Positions 1 to 13,700 of a DNA stretch of 64,000 nucleotides are shown piece after piece. The notes below the pieces were generated by a model, which saw only the letters and a program-made list of their open reading frames with translations, had not been told where the DNA came from and did not search any database. The translations under genes and the position numbers were made by a program. The first letter of the stretch is position 1. Every line of letters begins with the position of its first letter. The DNA is from Phallusia mammillata (lineage: Eukaryota). The DNA lies in contig OZ281494.1 in NCBI GenBank assembly GCA_965637545.1, forward strand, positions 11,346,001 to 11,410,000, written 5' to 3'.

Positions 1-3000
1 CGGTTTATGTACGATATGAATACAAAACCATACGTCTAAGTAAGATAAGGGAATGACCTAGAAGTTGTAATAGCGAACTGGGGTCGCTTGCATCGCACAA
101 GTTTAATCCAAACCCACAACGTCTGCGTCATATTGTTCAAACATTTCGCGGAATTGAGTTACGATTTGTGTAAGCTGCAAATTTGACTCTTCCGTAATAA
201 AAGAAAAGGGGACAAAGCCGCAAGACCCTGGGGGGTCAATTGTAAAACTTAATAGCGTTAAACATTAACGCCCTTGACATACAGGAAATTCGCAGCTAAG
301 ATGTGATTGGAATCCAGTAAATGCGTATTGTGTCAAGGGATTATCGTATAATTCCTAATTGCGTCCAGCAAGCCAAATGTCAAAAGGGAGAGACATCTAT
401 ATCATTGAGTGGGATTAAACGCCTTTGATCAGCTAATTGCGACGGGTCGTGCGTGCTTTGGTGATGCACACGAAACTATTGCGGTTAATATGATCAGTAT
501 ATGAGTTCTGTGGAAAGCAAATCCACACGTTCTAAAGTGCTTGGGCAAAGCCACAGTTTGACGACCAAAAATTCTGCATAAAAGGTTCAAGGTTTTCGTC
601 CAGCAGTCTAGCTAAATACCATGTCGACATTGGAAAGGCATAGAAACAAAACAAACTTAACTCAACTCAATATACACCTATACATCGAAAACTGTTAGCG
701 TAAATATTTTTGCAATTTTTCGACAACCTATCAGTCAAAAATAAACCAGTCTACAAAGGTGATCCATTTTAGGTTTTAAACTTGAATGTGGAACACTTAC
801 ACAGAAATGAATTTAATATTTACCGAATAAAAAGTGGCTGCATGAAAAAACTACACACATTACCTCATCACCGTTAATTTTTTTCAATCGAAATATAAAA
901 GCGAAAAAATTCGGACGTACAGAAATTACAGAAGGACGTACAGAATTCGCGAGCCAGACGATTCAATCGTCCCTTTTTCAGGTCGTCCAACGGGAAAGAA
1001 AAAAAGCATTAGTGCGTTGCTTCGACAGACCTCATACAAATAGGCTTACTTCAGTTGAGCTGAGCCAGAATGCCGGTGAACCTCAGTGACAGTCATTGGT
1101 TGCTCTTTGGATTTAGCTTGGAGTTGCTAATGTCAAACTCGGCAATTGTTGAATATGTGTAGTTCACGGTGTTATACCCTTGTACCTTTAACAGGGTTTA
1201 AGGTTTGGAGTACATTTGAAAGTTACTTTGAAACGTGTGGTTACCGCACTCTTGCGTTATTACGGTTTTGTTTGAGCAACAGACGTTTACGTGACTTTTC
1301 TACTTCAAATATCAACTGGATGTTATGTCTCTACGCCATGATTCGAATTCGGAACGCGGCGTTTTCAGCCCCGAGCGATGAAAGATGCAGCGCAGAATGG
1401 TGACGCGGTCAAAGCTTTTAGATGCAAAGGGCCGTAAAAAACGGTGTGAAATTTGTCTATTGTCGGAAATAGTGAGTTCAGAAAACATTTCAGAAATAGA
1501 AGCCGGAGTCGTTTAGGGGTTAAGGAAATGTGCCGACAAGGCTTGTCGTGCCGCGGGCGGTCGTGCAGGGTTTGACGGTCGCATCGAAAGCCGACAGTAG
1601 TGTTTGCACAACGCTGGAACTCCTGAACATCGTGTCGGTGCGCTAAAAGCTACGAAGTTCGGTGAGTCGTATCGGTAAATATGATTGACATATGCCCTAA
1701 TGTTGATATCGGCGAGTGCCCAGTCACTGCGTCTATGATTGCTGCGGTGGCGATTGTTTGCAGTAGTAAAAACTCGTGCGATGAAACAGCGTTTTGGGGC
1801 CAACGTTGGGGTGGATCGTGGCGCTTTCATGTTACCGCGTTTGTCGTTTCAGTGCAGAGCGTCCAGGCCACCGCGGTATGTTTATTTACGCCGGCCGCAG
1901 CGAAAGTAAGCAACAACAATCGAAGACTGCCACGCGTAAAAGTCGCTGCGGAAATTAGCCGGCGCGCTCGAGAAAAAATACAGGTCGCAGCCAAAAACCT
2001 CACAGGCGCATTACGTAAGGGCTAAGTATAGCGGCGCTCGACCGAGCACAAAAAGTCGCGGGTCATGGCCAGCCTGTTTTATCTGCCACAAATGGGTCGC
2101 GGCAACAAGGCAGGCTGAACGGTGCGGTCGGCTTCAATCCGCTTCGCTGCTTATTACACAACTTTCTTATCAAAAAGGCAGGCGCGTTTATTTAAATCCA
2201 GCACACGCTGGGTGACGTGTATGAGGTAATGTTTACTGTTTATTAAACGCACAGTCAAGTTCGCACACACGCGCAGGGACGCAAAGATTCAGTGCGCAAA
2301 AACGGCCATTCCAGCGGCTCTGCATAACAAGAAAACTGAAGAACGTTTGTTGAAAAGTCGCCGCTTCAGGTGGGAGGGCGCTATCAAAAGTCGCATCTCG
2401 ATTTTAGCGTCCGGCGCCTCAACGCCAAGGGCGTCTAAGAGATCGCAGCGCGTTTTGTCGCTGAATCTCTCGTGTTTGTGTACCAAACAACGGCTCACGC
2501 AAGCCAGTTCGTTCTGCGACCGGATTTACTGATCGAGGCGCCGCTTCCGCGAGATACAAATAATCGCGATCATAAGCTGCCCGCGAGATAGATAAGCGTT
2601 GCAAATCTAGAAGATGTTTTCGTTGCAGCGCGCCTCAGTGCAAAGGTAGCCTTCTGACTCACTGGCATCGTAAATTAATTTATCCTCGCGTGTTTGCTTG
2701 TGTTTGGATAAACAGCCCCCGCGAGCTGAAGCAATGGTGGCCGCCCGGAAACGAAAACAATACGTCATTGTCCAGGGTAATGATTTTACTTCGTGTTATA
2801 GGCGACATTGTCCCGACTGTGCTGTTCTCAGACGCCGACGGTATCGCTTTTTTGTCTCACGAAATTAATTGGACACGGCAACTTTGCGATATTCTCGCAT
2901 TGAGTCATCCGCCCCGATGCCTTTGTCGAAGGCCGCGGATTGCGTTACGGAAGCAACACGCCATCGCGCAAACAGCTCGACACTGCATTGTCTTGTGCCG

Positions 3001-3119
3001 TAATGGCTCGTTGCGAATACATAGCTCGAATTCACAGGTGTCAAAATTAATTACATAAAACAGCGCAGCGATGATGTACCAATATCGGGTTCCAAATTGT
3101 ACACGACGAAAGTTTTGTG

Positions 3120-3285
3120 TAACCGTGACGTCACAGGCTCCAGAGGCCTACCGGGGGCGACTGGAGGGTGTTGAGTTCTGCCGCCAGAGGCATGTTCGTC
3201 GTGTTGACGGTAGTTTGCAAGGGCGCGCACTTTACGCTCAGTTTGTGTGTGTTTTGTTCCCGTCCCATGCCACCCTGTGCGCCGG
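3120..3285 (+). promoter_or_regulatory. Possible ADAMTS promoter / non-coding first exon
   Basis: CRE palindrome GTGACGTCAC at 3125-3134, GC-rich segment ending in a donor-like CCGG|GTGAGA at 3286, and an acceptor TTATTCACAG| at 4529 upstream of the ATG. Inference only. Confidence 0.35.
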
Positions 3286-4704
3286 GTGAGAGTCAAAACA
3301 CGAAAGTGCTCCTGACGCCGCAGGAACGCTATGGACCAGCGGTCTGTGACTGCAACAAACAAACTCTTGGGGACCAGAAATTGTCTGTGATGCGAAGTTT
3401 TCGTGGAAATGATTGACCAAGTGAAATTTGGCGTAAATTGCCAGCTGCGCATAAGTGCCAGGCTTTATCACCCGGCTGGTGTACACAGTAAAAGTTTGCC
3501 AAACGCGGCAGACGCTTTGAAATCGATAGTTAACTTTCGTCTCGGCGCGACACAATACGCAGTCCTATCGGATCTCACCATTAATCAATTGGACCACGGC
3601 AATGTGTAGGGTATCAGGTGGCGCTGTGCTGAAAGAAGCTTGTTTTGTAATCGCGCCCTTTACAAGTCGCTGTTTCAGTAATCTGTTTGCGCCAAACAGG
3701 GCGGGTGGGCGAAGCGGAAACCACGATTACTTAGCCAAAGCTGTGATGGTCACAATTTAGCCGAAAGTTTAATCATCGTCTCAACGTCAGTTATTATCAC
3801 AAAGTAATTTAGGTTCGAATGTCAGAAACTGGCCACAATATGAATTAGCAACAAATGTGCTCGGAAGATTTAGCCGGAGGTAGCGAGCATCCAGTCAGGG
3901 CGACGAGGAGTCTCCAAGGGGTCATTGTGTTCAAAATAGCGGGTATAAAGTCGTCACGAGAGCCGGCGTCAGGCTATTAACCAAACAAGTTTACCAGGCG
4001 AAATCGGACGCGCAACGAGAAGTCCACACACGGCCGATTAGGTTTGTTGCCATTACGCATTGTTAATTTCAACGATTAAGTTTCCTTTTCTTTCCGAAAC
4101 AACAACTCATACGAAGACGTCTGGCGGGCGACAGGAACAATTATTGCCTGCCTTCGTCCGGTCCTTAAAACACCCAGCTTTATTTACGAGCGACAGAATT
4201 TGCCGCCACTGTCGTCGCTCGCCTTAAGTGGCTTAGTGTAAACTTTATTTTGACGCTTTGAAGCTATGAATGGACTTGGCCTTTGAGCCAAAACCGTACA
4301 ATATTTTGATTGGTTTAAGACGCTTTTCATGTGGATCCCTTGATTAAATCGTGCCCTCACGCGCCAGCGAGTTTATCTTGTGGATGAAAATAGTTCGCTT
4401 TATTTTCTCAGCAACAGACGGAACAATGGTACAAAAAGCGAAATGCGTCACTGTGTCTTATGTCATTGGCAAATGCGTGCCGAACCTGTACCATTGTCCA
4501 TCATATAACTGTATATTGTTATTCACAGGCTTAAAAACGACAATATAGCCTTCATAGCAAATATTACTAGCGAAATTGCATCACTGTTGAATGAGATTGG
4601 ACAAAAATTGATGACCCGTGAAGAAGACTCGCCAACGTTGATGTGCGAACAGTAAAGTCAACTTTCTTTTAACTACTTATTTATTCCTACAAATTCTTTT
4701 CATC

Positions 4705-7700
4705 ATGTGCACTTTATCCTCAATTTGTACGACCTGTATTATTATCCTATGTGCGGCCACGACGCTAGCCGTCAAACCGCTTCGTGTTGACGTCAAAGCT
4801 AACAGGGAAAAGCGTAATGCCGTTGATGTTGAGATCGTCACCCCGGTGCGCATGCAAGAAGACCTTTTGCAAATCGCAAACACGCATTTCCGCGCAAGAA
4901 GATCAGTTGTGTCGGAAGAGGATCTGTCAAAAGAATTCAGCAACCCAACGTACAAGATCCACGCGTTTGGGGAGGACCTCATGGTGCGTCTCGTTCCCGA
5001 CGACATTCTCGTTGCCCCAACATTCACCACCACATACGCGTGGAAGAACACATCGTCCCCGCGATCCTTGGATCATTCTTCGCAGCCCCAACTACGTAAA
5101 TGCTTCTACAAGGGTACGGTACTCGGCAAGCCCGGTTCCCAAGCCGTTATGAGCATTTGTGACTCCCTTACCGGATCGATTACCACTGGCGAATACCAGT
5201 ACACGGTCAGGTCCGCGGAAGCCACAAGCACTGAAGACCTGAAGCCTCATACTATCGAAAGGCGAAGCTTGTCTCGTGAACACAAACATGGAGCTCAATG
5301 CGGTGTAAAAGACTCAAAGCATCAGCCCCAGTACCAGGAGACATTCCTCCACAGTCCAATGGAAGAGGTTGTTAACACGGTGGGTTAAAGAAATCTTGTA
5401 ATGTTTGTTGCAATTAAACAAGGCTTAACAAATGTTTGAACATTGTAGGTTGTGAAACAAGTAAAGCGATCGGTCAGCAGAGAATCTCCTGAGCAAAACA
5501 TCATTGACTTCGAAAACTCAATGGGAGAGGAAAAGTCGCGACGGAAGCGCGATGTCTTTGAATCCCGCCAGCACTACATCGAAACCCTGGTGGTTGCCGA
5601 TGCAACTATGGCGCGAGAGCACGGAGATGACCTGGAACATTATATTCTCAGCATCATGATGGTGGCAAACCGTGTTTTTTCACACCCCAGCTTGGGCAGC
5701 GCCATCGCCCTTAGCGTTGTAAAGGTAAGTTTCAAACTGCCTCACGCGAACGATAAGGTAATACATTTTGTACTTGAACATTGTGTATGTGGACAGATTA
5801 TGGTCGTAGAAGATGAGCGCGAAGGTCCGGATGTCAGCACCAACGCTGCTGCCACCCTTCGTCAATTCTGCACATGGCAAAAGCGACACAACACTCCCGA
5901 TGACAGCCATCCCGATCACGCAGACTTGGCCATCTTGCTGACGCGCAAGAACCTGTGTGGAGACTCATGCGACACGCTAGGTGAGCATACACGACAAGGT
6001 TATGTCGCCTTGTTAGGTATAGCGTCTGCCCGAACTTTGTTGTTTACTTAAACAATCCGGTCGCGGTGCCTTTGCGACTTGTTGAAAGTGGAACACTGCC
6101 CGTGTAAGCCTTCTGCACGCTTGGCCAATCAACTCCTTAGCCCTGTGCAAACGAACGCGCACCGCAAACGCCCCACGTATCCTGCTAGGGTTTGCCAAAC
6201 TTTACCGGTTTAGTGCTGCTTTTACGGTAAATGATCAAAGGCTTTAGATACTCAATGCCCACGGCTTGCACAAAATAATAGTGAATCACTGGGCTACAGC
6301 GATTATGCGCCACATTTCTCCTGTTAACCACTAACTAACAGGCAAGCTAATTCTTGTTTTCTTTGCGCGTGAATTCCAATCGTCCCCCGACGCGGGTTTT
6401 ACTGACAGGAACAAGTTACTTGACGTCATAGAGGCTGTTATGACTTGATAAACGCTTGACAGGCGACCGCCAGCAGCGAACTCTACCCTAAATGGTTCAG
6501 TTTGGGTAGCCCCAAATTCTTTAGGCCGTTGTAAGCATCTCTTGTAACGCACAGTTAGCTTGTAACTATCTGGAGTTTTGGCATAATTGTTGTGACCCAA
6601 CTTCTACCCCAATGTTCAATCCGGGCTTGTTGGGTACGGCGTAACGCGGTTCGTTTAATCTCTGCAAACAATAGGGTCCATTCTTCAGGACCCGGGTCCG
6701 CGACCTGTCTTTGCTTTGCTCAGTTGCACTCTTGCGCGGCGCGTTGATGCACCCCCGGGACCAGGCGGTTAGTGTTGCATCTAAATAAGTCTTGCTAAAC
6801 GATGAATCACGCCCCGTTCCTTCCGAGGTTTCTGCATGCATCGTAAGCAGAGGACGTTCGGCAAAATGTCAGCGCCTCGGCTAAGTCAATCAAACTCAGC
6901 CCCCTTTCGCGGTTAAAACATGCCTGATTGCCACAAAGTCGAAAGCAAAACGGGGCGCCAACACTTGAAAGGCAGCGAGCGTCAATTTGCAACCAACTAG
7001 GCCCTTTGAAGGTCGCGAAGGCCACGTTAAGACACTGCCGAATGTAGCCTTTGAACAAACGGTTTCGCCGTAACCTTCTATTGCGCGGGATTTTCGACCC
7101 GTGGTAAACGGCGCCTTGGTGTTGATAACTCGATATTAGTGCGCGATGATATGCGACAGCTTTTCTGGTTGATATAGCGCGACCTTCAAATAAGCACCTT
7201 GGCGTCAAAACGCTTTGCCGTCCAGTGTTTGTCTTCATTCCAGGTTCTTTTACGTAATGTTACTTTTGTGCGTTTTCGACTTGGATAATATTTGCTTTCT
7301 GGTTTCTCATGACGTTACAACACGCCGTTGCCAAGGTGCTTATTTTGTGTCGACCACTTTTGATGTAAAACAGCTAGGGATACTCTTGTCTATGTAGTGT
7401 TTACGTAGTGACCAGGTGGTCGCGTAAGGAAGACAACGATTTGTTGCAGCTGTCAGGATTAGGCGCTGGCACACGCAACTCAATGGCCCGAGGTACTATT
7501 TCCGACCTGCGACCGATTAAAGCTACCAACGTCCTTGATAACTGCTCTTACGCTTCGATGCCGGTTAATCGCACTCGTATTTGATGCGCAACGACGAGGA
7601 AAATCCGCAACTTTACAGGAAGGGCCATAAAAGATGCGTCTCCTCCTTGTCGCTGGACTCTTTCCTGAGATCAAGCACAAGCGGACGCACCGGGCCAAAA

Positions 7701-10700
7701 CACACCACAGATTAAGAGCGTGGCCCTATAAGCGACAACCCTGCGTAACGTCTTTGATGTAGGTCAATAGTCCTAGTTAGTAATGGGTTAGGTGGGGCAA
7801 GTGCCCTTCACTCGTCAGTGATGCGATTGCGCCGTCGGAAGTTTACGCGCGTGTCGTATGTGGTCGATGACATCACAGCTGGGCTTAGTGTGTTTAAAGT
7901 CGCTTTAAGATTCGGTCCCTGGTTCAAAAGCTAATTAGCGTCGTAGCGACATCGGACCTTCAAATCGACGGCACTTGCAGCGCCCAAAATAGCTCGCCGG
8001 GGTCTTATCGGGCACACTTATCGCAAACTGAGCCATGCGCTTAGAGCGCTGGCAAATAAATAGGCACATCCTCAGGACCTCAAAAGATGATTTCAGTCCT
8101 ATTTTTATCAGCATGCTGTCGACAAAGGTCATTGACAGGAAACGTTTGCGATGTACCATATGTTGCGAAGTGCCAATTAACACCACCGCTGCGTCTTCGT
8201 GAAATGAATGGGTGAACCTCAAGAGTTACAATTAACTGCTACAGTAAAGCAGTAGTTGAGATTTCAATTGGTTGTTTGATCTAATCCATCTTGACTTGCA
8301 CGAAAGCGGTTTACGTCAAACTGATTGTTAACGCAAAAGCTCTCTCGATGATGTTAACCCATTAAAAATAGAGAATGAAGTCAACAGGGGTCGTTAACCT
8401 CGCAAAAACAAGTCTCAATTTCGTCTGCTAGATGATTCATGCGACGCCGTGTTTCAGGCAAAACACTGCAGTAATTGCTGGTGGCGCTACGTCATAATAT
8501 AAGTGTTTACCTGAACCGGGTACAAGGAAATAAAATGGTACCGTAGGTAAAGTTACATGTTACAAAACGGCAATTCGACTGAGTGGGTACGGAAGTGCGG
8601 CGGTCTGTGTAGTGTGGAACCCCCAGCTCAACCATTACCGGCGAAGGAAACGTCACATGCTTCACGACGTGAATCGAAGCGATCATTTCTATGTCCGGCG
8701 TCGAAAAATGACCCAGGGCGCGATTTTTAGCCCCATGACATCATCGTTCTTGCGGGTTCAACCTTACAGCGATGAATCAAGTTTTTTACCCGTTGGTGAA
8801 AAACAGAAAATTCTAACATCAGGCGCCCATGCGTGTTCAGATGGGATTAAGTGCACAGCAAACGAGCCTTAAAAGCTCGTTTAGGTACAAACATTACGTG
8901 CGGTGTGCCCCAAGGCGCTTATCCAAAAGCCAAAGAAATGCGCAACCGACCGCAAAAAGTGATAACTTCGCTCGTAACTTAACCACATTCCCGCAGTAAT
9001 TCCTTAAGTTTAACAAGAAAGTAACTAAAAATCATGAAACAAAGGCGCGATCCTAGCTAATGAAACTGACTACACAAACAGAACTGACATCTTCCAATGC
9101 CAAACGGATTACAAGCCAAGTAATCGAACCTCGGCAAGCTTAGTTCACCGCAAAACCCTGGTAAACGAATCAGAGTGGAACCAAAATGCTATTTTTACCC
9201 ACGAGGGGTGATCAAATTTAAACTTGCAAGCATATCATAAGTAGGGCTTTCGGCCAGCCACTAAAAACTTGAACCAAATTATACGGTTGGGCTTGAGGAG
9301 TTGGGGCTCAAACCGAGGCCTCAACGGCTGCGACAAGTGTTTCTCTTTTAACTCGCAGACTTGGCGAAGAACAATCGCTTCTTTGTGCTGCCGTGTGGTA
9401 CAATAATGCGCGCAATGCGATAATGCTGCCGCAGAAACAGTCGGGTGTGCCGCCTAAACCGTTGGTAGTTAAACACCGAGAAAGCAATTGTATCCCAAAC
9501 ATTTCTAGGGTTGTAATGCCCACATCTTTAACGGTTATCCGCTATTTGCATTTCAGGTATGGCAGAGGTCGGTACTATGTGTTCGGGGCTTCACAGCTGC
9601 GCTATAGTCGAAGACGATGGCTTGTCAGCAGCCTACACCGTTGCACATGAGGTAATATTCATATCAAACGAGCATCTGACAGCATTGAATTAGCATCTAA
9701 CTTATTAACTATCTTAGGTCGGACACGTGTTAAACATGATGCACGACGACAACGGTTTGTGTCAAGCAAACTTTGATATTGACCCCAAAACACACGTGAT
9801 GAGCGCAACGATGGACCGTGTCGATCGTGATCAGCCCTGGAGCTTGTGCTCTCGTCAAGCAGTCCTGGATTACCTGCAGGAAGGCCGAGGCAATTGTTTG
9901 TTGGATAGACCATCCCAACCTAAGGTACATATACAGGGTCATAGATGATAGGCGATTAGGGTTTGCAATGAGCCGTGCAAGATCACGATGACTGAACTGG
10001 ATAGGGCTTCGCGCCACACCGCAACTTTCAACGAAAAGAGATAGGGAAAAAGTGATTGACGTCACAACATGTTTGTGATTCGCTTATCGGGGCCAAACCA
10101 GTCAGTTGCCACAACAGTTTGGGAAGTGTGAAAAATAAACCCTCCTTGAGCGTGATTGATGGCTATCGGGTTCGCTGCTGCATAATACATCAGTGTGATT
10201 TGACTAAGATTAACTCTGATGCCAAAGATGCGATTGGCCAATCAGGATCGTTTCCGGATCGCATGAAAAACACCCGCACAATAGGAGCTATTGTCTTGCG
10301 GTAACCTCTTCGCGATAACCTTTCTGTGTATTACGACCAAGGCTAATTGCGAGGCACATCCGCACAACGCATGACTTGTTCCGTGCGGTTTAATTCAGAG
10401 GAAGTCGTCGCCGATTTTGGTGAGCGTAATTATCGCATCGCTTTTAATTCCCATGAACGGAGCGCGATTGGAGGCTTAACCGGCAATTGTTTTGTCGCAA
10501 CGAGACGCACTGTCTGCCTGGGTTACCATAGTTATGCCTTCAACAGGCATGGTTATGCCAACGCGGGTACACAAGAAGATAAGGCTGCTACAGTTCTAAC
10601 CTTTCACATTTTGTGACGCACATTGAAAAGTGGGACAAAGTTAGCGACACAAAAATGGTACCAGAGGCTTTTACTGCATGTTTGACCAATCTTAAGCAAC

Positions 10701-13700
10701 GAGTAGTAATTTAAAAAGCAGGTTAATGATCGACCCAAAATCCAACGCGCCGCCTTTTCGCTTTGTTACGACATAGACGCGTGCGAATCAACCAGCGTTA
10801 CACTGGCACTTTGGGACAAATCTAAAGTTTTTTTCACATTTCCATAAGGTTAACGAGCCGATCTCTGTTTGCCCGCAGGTCTACCCACGCGAGTTGCCTG
10901 GACAGATGTACGACGTCAATGCACAGTGCGAAATGGCGTTTGGCGAAGGAGCAGTGGCATGTCCGTACATGAACGAATGTGGGCGCCTATGGTGTCAACT
11001 GCCCAGCGGAACGTAAGTAGCTGTTGTCAGTTTTGGACCAGCTTACGCAAACGTGACATTTTTCTAACCTGTACTATGATTGTAACTACAGGCGAACAAA
11101 CAAATGCCACACAAGGAATTATCCGCGTGCAGATGGGACGCCCTGTGCGCCAGGAAGACACTGTTTGCAAGGACAGTGCCTACACAAAACGGCTCCAATG
11201 CAACCTATCGACGGTCAGTGGGGCTCATGGAGCTCATATGGAACATGCTCAAGGTAAGCATTCGCATCTTAAGCATATCACAAGCTAGTGAAGATTTTGA
11301 TTTTTAATTTCACCTGGTTGATTAGGACGTGCAGTGGTGGCATCCAGATGTCAAGCAGACAATGCAACAATCCCAGTCCCCAGCACGGAGGCCAATACTG
11401 CATGGGCGACCGACTTCGTTTCAACAGTTGTAATAACCGCAAGTGCCCGAAGGTGAATGGCAAGGAACCAGGCGATTTCCGCAGTGAACAATGCGCTTCC
11501 TACAACGGACAACATATTCCATTGCTGGGACCACGCAACAACTACTCATGGATACCAAAATACGTGGATGTTCACCAACGAGACCGTTGCAAGCTAATCT
11601 GCCAGTCAGTGCAAACTGGTGCCTACATCACTTTGGCCGACCGCGTGGTCGACGGCACGAGGTAAGAGCACTGCTCAAGTTTGTTTTGCGCAGGGTGGGA
11701 AGGTGTTGTCTGTTTGCATAGCCGTGACTTTGTGCCTCTCTGTTCACAGATGCGGTCCCGATACGGCGGACGTGTGCGTTCACGGCCAGTGCATGCCTGC
11801 AGGCTGCGACGGTGTGCTCAACTCTAAAGCCAAATTCAACAAGTGCGGCGTGTGCAACGGCGACAAGTCGACCTGCAAACGCGTTCGAGGTAAGTGTCCT
11901 ATAAAATTGATATCACTTCTGATGCGACCGATTTCTCCCACGACGATATCTTGCGTTGAGGCTGTGGGTGTCCTGTTGCCGCGTGTGTAGCTGAAGTGGG
12001 GCCGCACGCCGCTGCCGTCTATCTGACCGAATAAGGGGACGGGACGAGGCAACCGCTAACTCCGTCGCGTTTGTGGCATTTCTTTCGCTCTGCGCCGAAA
12101 AAAAAACGTACGCACGATCCGGAACGACCTTAGCAATGCTCGTGCAGAAATTAAAGCACCCTAAAACGGTTACTAAAGTGATACGAATGCCGACTTCAGA
12201 CCCCATGGCAGTCAGCAATCGTGTGTACTATTCAACAAAGCCGCTGTTTTGACAACAAAAGACAGGCGAGCGTTGAGAAAGCCAGATATGTCACCGTCTC
12301 GCTAAACGGAGTGACAAACGGCCTAAGGATTTGCCGCAGTTTGGCAACGTCAAGTGACAGGCCGCATTTGGAATAGCGATGTCTATGAGCAATTGACAGT
12401 CCGTGAAAGCAGCAACGCTAAGTAATCCATTTCACCTTGGTGGCCAACCAATGGCGCAGTTGGTTTCCCGAATGCGCCCAATGATAATCAACAGTCGAGA
12501 CCGGGTTGGGTTTTGGCTGCAGCAAGACAACACCCACAAACCGCATTTTGTTTACACATGAAAGTCACGCTTGACCCCGATTGGCGTAGACATCAATTTT
12601 TCCACCTCATGTTTATCCACATACCGCGGGGCGAGTTATATATAGATCGCGCAGTGGGTTCTCATAAACTCGCCAAATCTGAGTTGTCACAACGGCGCAT
12701 TACAAACCGGAAAACAAGTAGTTACAACGAAGGCAAGGCAACCTGAACGGATTTAGCATTCAAACCTCGGTCGCGTAATTAGAACGGTCAAAATGGCGAG
12801 GACGGGTCACTGAAACCCGCCTTAACCTCTACACTGACCCGTAGCAGAATTGCGAGCTGACCACAGTTTGCTCATGGGATAAACAGCGCTTTCTGGGTGG
12901 CGCCTGTCGTATAACCGACGAAGATCGGCACTTCAGCCGTTAGCTCTTTTAGTTACCTCCTTCTTCGCATAGTTTTGTATCGCATCATTCTTCATGTGAT
13001 GTAGTGAACAAGGAATTAGAAGCCAAACCCGTTCGTGACATTTCGGGGCGTAATTTAACGTGTTAGGCAAATTGTTACCGGACTCACCCTATATTTTCAT
13101 ACAAGCGCTTTACGCTTCATTTGCTTTCCAGGTAAATACAACCGACGCAGCCCCGGGTACAATGACGTCATCACACTGCCTGTCGGCGCCGCCAACATCA
13201 AGATCACGCAGAAAGGTTATCGTAAGAACATCTACGATGGCAACTACCTTGCCCTACAAAACAGCAGAGGAGAATACATCCTCAATGGAGCGCTTACGTT
13301 GATCACCATTGCCAAGGACATTGAAGTTAACGGTAAGAATTGTTAACAAGTTGTACAGTAAACAGCTTTTTCGTGAAAATGGTCTTAAACATGCATGTTT
13401 TGTTATTATACAGGATCAGTCATTCAATACAGCGGCGTAAGCAAAGTGACTGAGCGCATTCACACCACTATGCCCTTGAAGGAGGCCATCAAGCTTCAAG
13501 TACTTAGCCTTGGTATTCGTGGATCAGATATCGCACCGCCAAGCATCAGATACCGATATTACATCTCGGTTCCGCGCCGTGCAGCAGCCAGACGAACAGG
13601 GGTACGTGATATTGAAATAGGATGTGTATTTACTTCGATAAAACATTTGACTCAATTTAAACTTTAAGTTTTTTCGTTCAGGTCAAGCCCACGGTATTGC

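Noticed and set aside
1146-4548. Cluster of 60-130 aa ORFs on both strands upstream of ADAMTS
   Set aside because: No recognisable domains or coherent exon chain; expected by chance in GC/CpG-rich non-coding DNA.
5725-5796. Stop-free 72-nt in-frame intron as a coding insertion
   Set aside because: Canonical GTAAGT/ACAG ends; retention would disrupt the conserved VVK|IMVV strand of the catalytic domain, and nothing in the sequence supports retention.
6013-9523. ORFs inside ADAMTS intron 3 as a nested gene
   Set aside because: No homology signal or consistent splice phases; more likely regulatory intronic DNA.
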